Origin: Thermoplasmata archaeon
GTDB taxonomy: Archaea; Thermoplasmatota; Thermoplasmata; Lutacidiplasmatales; UBA184
NCBI GenBank assembly: GCA_022750435.1
Contig: JAKIVS010000001.1
Location: 102,542-166,541, forward strand
Reading direction: 5' to 3'
DNA length: 64,000 nt
Under the pieces are notes generated by a model. That model was not told where the DNA came from and did not search any database. It saw only the letters and a list, made by a program, of their open reading frames with translations. The position numbers and the translations under genes are program-made. Of the stretch, positions 1 to 7,911 are shown in pieces. Position 1 is the first letter of the stretch. Every line of letters begins with the position of its first letter.

Positions 1-6
1 CGCATC

Positions 7-276
7 GTGCTCGATGGCCTGCGGCCCAATGCCAATGTGGAGGCCGTCTGCCGGACTCACGGGATCCACTCCGCCCAGTTCTACGAGTGGAAGGAGCGCG
101 CCCTCGCCTCGATGAAGGCCGGCCTCGAGAGCCGGCAGGGCACCGATGGCCAGCGCCAGCGCCAGGAAATCGCCCGTCTCAAGCGTCTCATCGCCGACCA
201 GGCGATTGCGCTGCAGGTGTTCAAAGAGGAGCTCACGGGCAGCTCCGAGGGAAAAAACGACGGAGGGAGATCGTGA
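7..276 (+). CDS. IS3-family transposase OrfA (HTH plus leucine zipper), probably 5'-truncated by the window edge
   Basis: VEAVCRTHGIHSAQFYEWK HTH followed by a coiled coil EIARLKRLIADQAIALQVFK. Confidence 0.85.
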   Translation: MLDGLRPNANVEAVCRTHGIHSAQFYEWKERALASMKAGLESRQGTDGQRQRQEIARLKRLIADQAIALQVFKEELTGSSEGKNDGGRS

Positions 277-1109
277 GGACGATGCTCGCCCTGGAACTCT
301 CGAAGAGTCGCACCGCCGAGATTGTCGGCCTCTCCCGACGGGCGCTCTACCGAGGACCCCGGACGTCTTCCGTTCGACGAACGCAAGCCGACGAACCCCG
401 GATCCGGGCCGCGGTCCGACGGGTCGCCTTCGCGCGTCCCTCCTTCGGTGTGCGACGGGTGTGGGCGATGCTCCGTCGTGAGGGACTCCGAGTCAACTGC
501 AAGCGGGTCCATCGACTGATGGCCGTCGAGGGACTGCTGCGACCGGCCCACTTCCCTCGGCCTCGCCTCCCTCCGACGGGGCGACTGAGCGCGGAGCGAC
601 CGGACGAGCGGTGGTACACCGATCTCACGGAGGTGGAGACCACCGATTTCGGCCCCTGTCCGTTGATGGCAATTCTCGACGCCTGCACGCGCGAGGTGGT
701 CCACTGGGAGTTCTTCCCGACGTGCGGAGCCGCGGAAGCACTCTCGGTGGTCGAAGGCGCGGTGGCGAAGCGGTTTCCCCGACTCCTCCAGGCCCCCGGT
801 ACCGTCCTGGTGACGGACCAAGGGGCGCAGTTCATCGCGAAGCGCTTCCGCGAGGGGACGAGGCTGCTCGGCCTCGACCTCCGATGGACCCGGAAGAAGC
901 GCCCGGAGGACAACGGGCTCCAGGAATCCTTCCACGGACATCTGAAGCAGGACTACCTGTGGCTGAGGGAGCCGGAGAACTTCTACGCCACCCGCAAACG
1001 AATCGCGGAAGCGATCGACGACTACAACACCGAGCGACCGCACTCATCGCTTGGATATCTCACGCCGCGAGAGTTCGCGCAGAAGGTCCGCGAAGAGGTG
1101 TCAACATGA
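252..1109 (+). CDS. IS3-family transposase OrfB (rve/DDE), likely made as an OrfAB fusion by -1 frameshift
   Basis: WYTDLT...ILDACTRE...TDQGAQF...PEDNGLQESFHG...YNTERPHSSLGYLTP. Slippery run GGGAAAAAAC at 249-258 (A_AAA_AAC in the OrfA frame). Confidence 0.9.
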   Translation, partial: KKRRREIVRTMLALELSKSRTAEIVGLSRRALYRGPRTSSVRRTQADEPRIRAAVRRVAFARPSFGVRRVWAMLRREGLRVNCKRVHRLMAVEGLLRPAHFPRPRLPPTGRLSAERPDERWYTDLTEVETTDFGPCPLMAILDACTREVVHWEFFPTCGAAEALSVVEGAVAKRFPRLLQAPGTVLVTDQGAQFIAKRFREGTRLLGLDLRWTRKKRPEDNGLQESFHGHLKQDYLWLREPENFYATRKRIAEAIDDYNTERPHSSLGYLTPREFAQKVREEVST

Positions 1110-1169
1110 ACGCAGGAATCCCTCCCCCAACCCCTCCCTCAAGTGAGAAGATGTACGGGGTACACGTCA

Positions 1170-2048
1170 GTGTCCGCATGGGCCGAGTCGTGCGAGGGGG
1201 TGACTCCCTTGACTCGGCAGACGTATCGGGAACACGTCGGGGCGATGCCCGGCCATTTTGAACGGCTCGGGCTCGAGTACCCCGCGTCCGGAAACTTCGT
1301 GACGCGGGCGATGATCGAGACCTACGCCCACGACCAGAGTCTCGCGCCGACGACCCGCGCGATGAACCTGGGTCTGCTTCGCCAGTTCCTCGAGTGGAAG
1401 TCCGTTCCACTCGCGGACCAAAAGAAGGTCTGGAAAGGTCCGAAACGCGTCGCCACGCGTCGGTACTGGCTCACGAAGGAGCAGCTGACTGCGCTCCTGA
1501 ACGCCGCGGAAGGCCGGGAGCGGATCGCGCTCCTGCTGATGGGGACCAATGGGCTCCGCCAGTTGGAAGTGCGCCTGCTTCGCGTCCGCGACTGCCACAT
1601 GGAGGCGGATAGCCCGACTCTGGACGTGACCGGCAAGTTCGATAAGGTCCGGCAGATCGCGATGAACCGGCTCGTCTGGAGCGAAATGCTGCCCCTGGTC
1701 ACGGGGAAGAATGCGAACGACCGAGTCTACCCGTGGAAGCGAACGACGATTGCGCGGGACCTTTGGAACGCCTGCGACCGCGGGGGGCTCCCGCGCCGAA
1801 GTCCCCACGACCTGCGCCGGACGTTCGGACGGCTCGCGTACAAGGCCGGAGTGCCCCTGACCACGATCCAGGGGTTCTACGGCCACGAGAAGCTCGAGCA
1901 GACGGTCTACTACATCGGCATCGACCAGGCCGATGGGCGCGCCGGAATGGACCGTTTGGAGGGGTTCCTAAACCCTTCCCGGCCCGGAAACGCCGTTTCC
2001 GGGCCGGCGGCACCCCATTTTACTGACGTGCCGGCCAGGTCGCAGTAG
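1170..2048 (+). CDS. Tyrosine recombinase/integrase (Int1); 5' end probably interrupted by IS3
   Basis: Catalytic residues present: GLRQLE (R), GKFDK (K), HDLRR, GHEK (H), TVYY (Y). The open frame runs from 1143, but 1143-1169 appears to be IS sequence. Confidence 0.9.
   Translation: MSAWAESCEGVTPLTRQTYREHVGAMPGHFERLGLEYPASGNFVTRAMIETYAHDQSLAPTTRAMNLGLLRQFLEWKSVPLADQKKVWKGPKRVATRRYWLTKEQLTALLNAAEGRERIALLLMGTNGLRQLEVRLLRVRDCHMEADSPTLDVTGKFDKVRQIAMNRLVWSEMLPLVTGKNANDRVYPWKRTTIARDLWNACDRGGLPRRSPHDLRRTFGRLAYKAGVPLTTIQGFYGHEKLEQTVYYIGIDQADGRAGMDRLEGFLNPSRPGNAVSGPAAPHFTDVPARSQ
1979..2007. repeat. Perfect 13-bp GC-rich inverted repeat (hairpin) at the end of Int1, near the rnpB 3' end
   Basis: CCGGCCCGGAAAC-gcc-GTTTCCGGGCCGG. 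Confidence 0.8.
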
Positions 2049-2339
2049 TAAGCCCCATTCTGGTTCAGGCAGCATTCGACTCCGCGCTCTCCTCGACGGT
2101 CGGGGGACCAACTTCCTCCCGTCTCTCAGGGCTTGCTCCCGGGGAGTCGGCCGTTTCACCAGATCCCGACGGAATCTCCGGCGCATCGCCTTCACCGTAC
2201 CGTCGGGCTGTGTCGTTGCTGCTCCGTTGCTCGGGCTCTCACCCGGCGGGCTCCCGCCCGCCCCCGTGGTCCCCGGAGTGGGGACTTTCCTCAGCGGGGT
2301 ACCGTTGCCGATAACCACCACCGTCAGCTGCCCTCTGCC
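2042..2339 (-). ncRNA. rnpB: RNase P RNA (archaeal)
   Basis: The minus strand has CR-I GAGGAAAGUCCCCAC (2278-2292), GGUGAAACGGC (2150-2160) and CR-V-like GAACCAGAAUGGGGCUUAC (2048-2066). Pairings: P4 CCCCA/UGGGG, P2 GGCAGC/GCUGCC, P1 GCAG(AG)/CUACUGC. Length about 300 nt. Confidence 0.92.
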
Positions 2340-2455
2340 TCCTGGCGAGTCGGGGGAACCACGGTCGGGGGTAAGGCTTCCGGCCCGGCGTCCGATATCT
2401 ACTCGCCCCGGTCTGCCCGAGTTGTGAAGAGCCTTCTTCCGGCGGGGCGAATCCA

Positions 2456-3145
2456 CTGAAGCTCGTCCCGGCCATTTCGATTTCGAAGGGGAAGGTCCTC
2501 GCGGAAGAGGATGGGGACATGGTCGCCGTCGCCGGGTCCGACGGCAAACCCCGCGACATCCTCGACATCACCGATGCCCTCGGCAAGGAGTTCGATGCGC
2601 TCTACGTGATCGACCTGGACGGGCGCCGCCGGGGGGAGCCCCAGCTCGACTACCTCCAGGAGATCGCCCGCGACCACGAAGTCTGGCTGGATGCCGGCGT
2701 GCAGTCGTCCGATGAGGCGATCGACGGACTCGTCACCGGGGCCAAGCACGTCATCGTCTCCACCGCGAGCATCCCCAACGCACGGGAACTCCGCCGGGCG
2801 TGGAAGCTCTCCGATGAGGTGGTCCCGGAGGTCGTGACTCACGCCGACGGGACCGTCCTCGCCTACGACGAGGGCTGGGGAGGGCGCCCGATCGCCGACG
2901 TCGCGAACGAGGTTCGCGAGATGGGTCCCCGCCTCCTCCTCTACTCGCCGAGAGAATCCCGACCGGACTGGGCCACCGTCCGCGCCCTGGCGATCGGCGG
3001 ACCGGTGTGGGTCGGAGGCGGGATCGACCCGGAGGAGAGGTCCGCCGCGGAATCGGCGGGTGCCGAGGGAATCATCCTCCGATTGACGGCGAGTCGGCTC
3101 GCCGGCTTCGCCGCCGCGCCGGCCCCCGCGAGCCCCCCGCCGTAG
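2456..3145 (+). CDS. HisA/HisF-related TIM-barrel protein (start uncertain; first ATG at 2519)
   Basis: In-frame LKLVPAISISKGKV, LYVIDLDG, VWLDAGV and VWVGGGI resemble HisA-family motifs. Confidence 0.7.
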   Translation: MKLVPAISISKGKVLAEEDGDMVAVAGSDGKPRDILDITDALGKEFDALYVIDLDGRRRGEPQLDYLQEIARDHEVWLDAGVQSSDEAIDGLVTGAKHVIVSTASIPNARELRRAWKLSDEVVPEVVTHADGTVLAYDEGWGGRPIADVANEVREMGPRLLLYSPRESRPDWATVRALAIGGPVWVGGGIDPEERSAAESAGAEGIILRLTASRLAGFAAAPAPASPPP

Positions 3146-3287
3146 CTCCTCATCCCCGGACGACTCGTACTGCCACCCTGAATCGAGCTTCGCCTCGCGC
3201 CGACCTGCGGCGGGCCGTCTCCGCCCTGCCCTATTCCCCCTCGCAGGGTCGACGAAACACCTTTTCTCCTCGACGGAGCTCCGCCAC

Positions 3288-3352
3288 GGTGCGGGATGAT
3301 GACACCTAGAACCAGCTGAATCGTGATGAATGATGGGCGAGCTGACCGCACC
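3288..3352 (+). ncRNA. Box C/D 2'-O-methylation guide sRNA
   Basis: Terminal stem GGUGCGG/CCGCACC, C box AUGAUGA (3296-3302), 13-nt guide, D' CUGA (3316-3319), C' GUGAUGA (3323-3329), 12-nt guide, D CUGA (3342-3345). Intergenic, 65 nt. Confidence 0.9.
3332..3352 (+). repeat. attL core (21-bp direct repeat, 3' part of sRNA)
   Basis: Exact match to 14805-14825. Confidence 0.9.
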
Positions 3353-3368
3353 TCAGAGACTTGCCCTT
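3353..3368. repeat. Left terminal inverted repeat of the element
   Basis: TCAGAGACTTGCCCTT; its reverse complement matches 14776-14791 at 15 of 16 positions. Confidence 0.8.
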
Positions 3369-3382
3369 CGCACATAAACCCC

Positions 3383-4438
3383 CTAGGCAGACACCTGCAC
3401 GGCCGGGAGAGTGCGAGGGCTGGGAGCGTCGAAGGTTCCGACGACTTCCCGCATCCCGTCGAGCGTCTCCCCGATGTAGTAGAGCGTCTGCTCGGTCGCG
3501 GCGTGGTTGTAGAGCGCCCGGATCGTGTTGACGTTCACCCCGCGGGCGTACAGGATCCGCCCGAACGACCGTCGTAGGTCGTGCGGCGACGCTGGGACCC
3601 CCAGGACCACCGCAAGCTCTGCCACGTCGCGATAGATGGTGCGGTAGCTGAGGGGATACACCCGGTCGGCCGGCCCACGACCCACCACGAACGGCCGGAG
3701 CGCGTTCGCCACGGCTTTGGAGATCGGATAGTACTTCCTCGCTCCACCCTTGCGGGTCACCGTCAACGCGGGCCGGTCCATCGAGAGGTCCACGTCCCGG
3801 GCGAGCAGGCTCCATAGCTCGCGCCGGCGGAGCCCCGCCCACGCCCCCAGGGCAAGTACGAGGCGGTGCCGCTCGCTCGGCGCGGCGTCCCACATCCGCT
3901 GGATCTGCTCCTCGGAAAACCAGCGCCGGTGCGTTGCGTCCCCCCGTCGGCCCCGCCAAATCGGGTCCAGCTTTGCCACTCCCGCGTGCGCCCATCCGAG
4001 GAAGCCTCTCAGGAAGAAGAGGGCCTGGAACGCCGAAGGCTGCACGATTTCGCGGGGCTTCCCGTCCCGGGTCCGACCCATCGGATGCTCCTTCCACGCG
4101 AGGACCATCTCCGCGGTGACGTCCTGAGCGTGCTCGGTCGCCTCGAGCCCGGCCGCCGTGAAGCGGCCGGGCCACGCCCGCAGGCAACGTTCGGCTCCTT
4201 CCGCGCTGCTCCTCGACCATACTCCTTCGACTCGCTTCGACTCCGCGTACCGCTTGGCCGATTCGATCCACCACCGTCCCCTTGCGGGCACGGTGTCCTC
4301 CGAGCCGTCCCGAGAGGCGTCGAGGTTGAAGGAGTCACGGTCCGTTCGATATCCGACCTCCGCATCGATCGCGAGGGACGGCGGCCGAGCGGCCTTGGTG
4401 GTTGAAACTGCTCCGGAGGTTGGACCTCCCTGCACCAT
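3383..4438 (-). CDS. Tyrosine recombinase/integrase (Int2); start uncertain (ATG 4438 or GTG 4291)
   Basis: AGLRRREL, TRKGG, SPHDLRRSFGR, LYNH, EQTLYYIG. Clearly homologous to Int1. Confidence 0.92.
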   Translation of the reverse strand: MVQGGPTSGAVSTTKAARPPSLAIDAEVGYRTDRDSFNLDASRDGSEDTVPARGRWWIESAKRYAESKRVEGVWSRSSAEGAERCLRAWPGRFTAAGLEATEHAQDVTAEMVLAWKEHPMGRTRDGKPREIVQPSAFQALFFLRGFLGWAHAGVAKLDPIWRGRRGDATHRRWFSEEQIQRMWDAAPSERHRLVLALGAWAGLRRRELWSLLARDVDLSMDRPALTVTRKGGARKYYPISKAVANALRPFVVGRGPADRVYPLSYRTIYRDVAELAVVLGVPASPHDLRRSFGRILYARGVNVNTIRALYNHAATEQTLYYIGETLDGMREVVGTFDAPSPRTLPAVQVSA

Positions 4439-4573
4439 CTCGGCCGCCACCGCGGGTTGGGAGTGAATTCGGAGATAAGGAACCGAACCGGCCCTTGGAA
4501 CGTGAACGACGCCACCGTTCGCCGTCCGACGAGAATCGTGAGTTGAAAAGGCCCGGTTCAAGATGCCGACGCG

Positions 4574-7500
4574 ATGTCGGATGCCGCCGTCCACCGCCTC
4601 GTCGCGATCCCCGGCCCGCGCTTGAATGCCGAGGGCAAAACCTCGCTCCGGCCGCCTTTGCTCCTCCCTCCGGGCCTCGAGTGGTGGCTGGAGCTCCACC
4701 GAGCGGCCGACGGTTCTGGTTGCGTATGTCTCGGCGCGTGTTCACCTGGCGCCTGACGTCCGTCGCCACCGCACTCGGCGAGGCGATTCCCGGCGTCCAG
4801 CTGACGGCGACCACGACCTGCCCGCTTGGACCGAACTTCCGCTCGCAGGGAACGCTCCTCCGCGCGAAGGCGGCCGTGCCGACGCACTATTGGCCGATCC
4901 AGCTCCAGGGCGGTCTCGACCGCGCCGGGCCGCTGATCCATCTGCTCGGGTCCCCTCAACTGGACGGTGAGGAGGTTCTCCTGCAACTTCTGTTTCGGAG
5001 TCCGGGAGGCTGGGAGCGGGGCTGGTTCGGCGCATCCTACGAGAGCTTCCTGACGGGGGTTGACCAGCGCCAGCGACCGCAGTTCGACCGGCGAATGGCG
5101 GAGCCGCCGTTCCACGTTGAGATTCGCGCGGCGTTTCTCGGACCACACGACTGGCTGGCCGCCCGTGCGGTCGACCAATGGGCGGCCTCCTGGATGTCGA
5201 TGCACGGGTCCGCCCAGTGGCGGCTCGAGCCGGTTCGGGGCCGCCGGCGGCGGGAGCGGTTCTTTCAATCGATGCGGGACCATGACCTGACGCGATGCGT
5301 CGGGAAGAATGGCAGGCGGGACGTCTCGGCGTCGGAGGCGTCGGCCCTTCTTCCGATTCCTTGGCGGGAGAGACACCCGAACCTCACGTACGTCGGAGCG
5401 CCGACGGGCGTCCCTCCCACCGAGCTGGTCGCCGACGTGCGACGGCCCACCGACGTGATCGTCGGGTCCTCCGGGTCCGAACTCGTTCGCTTGCCCCCGA
5501 GTTGGCACCACCTCGCCATCGTCGGGCGGACTCGTTCGGGGAAGTCGACCCTCGCGCAGAACATCGCCCTCCAAATCCTCCGGTCTCAACCGGGGGCGAA
5601 GGTCGTCGTCCTAGAGCCGACGGGAGAGCTGATCCGCGACCTTGTGGACCGGCTCCCGGCCAGGGCGGCGGAGGACGCGATCGCGATCGACCCGGCGCAC
5701 CCCACCGAGGTTGAGAGCGGGCAGGACCTCTCCCGCGTTCCGCTGAATCTGCTTGGAATGGAGGGCCGTCCGAAGGTGGGAACTCCGGAGTTCGAGCGGC
5801 AGGCGGAGCAGGTCTCGGGGGGGCTGGTTCAGGCGATCAAGAACGCGTGGGGCGAGGAGAGCGTCGGTGGGCGCGCCGATTTCATCCTGCGGTCGATGTT
5901 CCAGGCGCTCCTCACGGTCGAAGGTACGAACCTCGTCGACGCCTACACCGCGCTCTCCGACAAGGAGACCCTCCGCCGGCTCGAGCGACTCGTCCCCGAG
6001 GGCCTACTCCGGCAAGCGCTGCGAACGCACCTTCCGCGGCTCGACTACGCGTTCACGATTTCGTCCCTGGACAAGGTCGGAAAGATCGCGACGAACCCGA
6101 TCCTCCGGAAGGCGCTCTGCCAGCGGTACCACCCGGTCTCGTTTGATCAGCTGCTCGACCACCAGCTGGTCCTTCTGGACCTCGCCAAGGGCTCCCTCGG
6201 GACCGAGGCCGCGAACTTCCTGGGGGCGGTCTACCTCACGCAGCTCTGGTCGGCGATCCAGCGGCGCGAGAGGAAGGACCTCCCGGTCTACCTCGTGGTG
6301 GACGAGTTCCACAACTACGCGATCCCTGCCTTCGCGGACATGCTGAGTGAGGGCGCCCGCCTGGGGCTCCAGGTCGTGGCGGTCACCCAGTACCTGAACC
6401 GCATCCCGCAACGGATCCGATCGGCTCTGGTCGGGAACGTCGACGCGTGGATGCTGTTCTCCCTTGGGACCGAGGACATGAACGAGGGGTGGAAGATCCT
6501 TCAAGGCGACCAGTTTGGCTGGACGCCCGACCACCTCGTGAGCGGGCTCGCACCCCACGAGGTCGCGCTGGCCGTGCGCGGGTCGTTGCTTCGGGTCGCG
6601 ACGTCGCCCCCTGCGCCCCCGAACGATGCCGTTGAGAAGACTCGGCGAGTTGTCCAGGTCAGCTCACGCCGGTACGCTCGACCGGAGGACTCCGAGGCCT
6701 CTCCGTTGGCGGTCGGTCGAGCGGATTGCCGCGTTCCTCCGAGTCTTTCCGGAGCTAGAAGGTCGGACCCACCGGCAGCTTACCGATGAACTCCACTGGA
6801 CGAGATCCGAGGTTGAGGGGGTGCTGGCCAGATGCCGTGCCGCCGGCGACGTTGCCAACGTCGGCTCCGATGCGTGCGGATTGACCCTCCGGGGGTCGTA
6901 ACATCGACAGGCGATAGAGGCCGCGAGGAACGAGGGGGAGGAGCATACCGAGCTCCTGACCGACGCGGCGATGTTCCTCGAGGCGAAGGGGATCCGCATT
7001 CGAATCGTCAACCAAGGGGGCGGGTACCTCGTCCCGGACGCCGAGTTCGACCTCGGAGGCCAATCGTACAACGTCGAGGTCGAATGCTCGACGCTCGTAA
7101 AGCACGTCGATCAAGTAGCGCGCAATGTCCGAAAAGCCACCGTCGCTGGGCGGCGGTGTCTCGTCGTCGTTTCCGGGCAGGCGATGGCTGTCCGCTTCGC
7201 CAGCGTTTTCCATGACTGGAACGTTGGATCCCAGCTTTGGCGAGATGTCGGTCTCATCGCCAGAGACGCGAAGGGTGTTATCGTCCCGGTCGCGGAGGGG
7301 GCAACGCAGCCTTGGGGTTGGCTAATCGGCCGCCCGGACGAAATGCCCTCTCGAAGCTGCGCGCAAGGCCCGGAAATTATGCCGGAGAAGCCCGGATTCG
7401 CAAGCCTCTCCGACTTGGCGCGCGCACTCCGCCTCGCGAACCGGCTCGTGGCCGCCGGAAACCTTGAGGCCACCGCGCGGGATTTCCTCCGGATCGCCGA

Positions 7501-7636
7501 CCGAGACGATGCAGTGGCCGCCGACGCTCGCCGCCTGGGGATGGCGCTCAGGTCGCTCGGAGTCCGTCAGACAAGAGTTTGGCGAGACGGCAGACAGACC
7601 CGGATTTATGACCTGCACGCGATGTCGAAACCCTAG
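4574..7636 (+). pseudogene. Disrupted VirD4/TraD/HerA-like P-loop ATPase fused to a wHTH and a PD-(D/E)XK-like domain
   Basis: Walker A GRTRSGKST, Walker B LVVDEFH, VAVTQY. Apparent frameshifts near 4753 and 6715, plus an in-frame TAA at 6899 between ORFs 6626-6901 and 6971-7636, which share a frame. Confidence 0.7.
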
Positions 7637-7911
7637 AAGATTGATTGGGCCACCCGAATTTTCGATTCCCTTCCTGGGACAACTTCAGCCCCGAGGCGTC
7701 ACGGAATCTAACCGGGCCTTCGGATTGACCCGTGGGGCGTCGCTTAGCCTCAGCCTTCGACGGTGAGTCAAAGCTCCATCTTCACGGAAGGTGGAAGCGA
7801 CCGGGGCTTGAAATAGCATGGTGCACTCTATCGTGCCGCAGGGGGAGCTATTTTTGTCCTCGCGTGCCGGGTTCGCGCCGACTATCAATCGGGGCCCTCT
7901 TTGGGAACTCT

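Larger units (their letters stand above)
1..1169 (+). mobile_element. IS3-family insertion sequence (left end outside window)
   Basis: OrfA and OrfB overlap with OrfB in the -1 frame. The putative right end ...GGGGTACACGTCA ends in CA at 1169, as IS3 ends do. The left IR and target duplication are not visible. Confidence 0.85.

Noticed and set aside
2037..2066. Weak resemblance between the rnpB 3' end (GAACCAG, AUGGG) and the C/D sRNA or att core
   Set aside because: Only 5-7 nt blocks needing gaps; compatible with chance.
1968..2459. ORFs 1968-2456 (-), 2133-2459 (+) and 2227-2427 (+)
   Set aside because: They are shadows of the RNase P RNA gene and have no protein-like features.
4402..4726. 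N-terminal extension of the 795-aa ORF
   Set aside because: Arg/Pro-rich read-through overlapping the Int2 upstream region. The frame starting at 4574 looks more like the true N-terminus.
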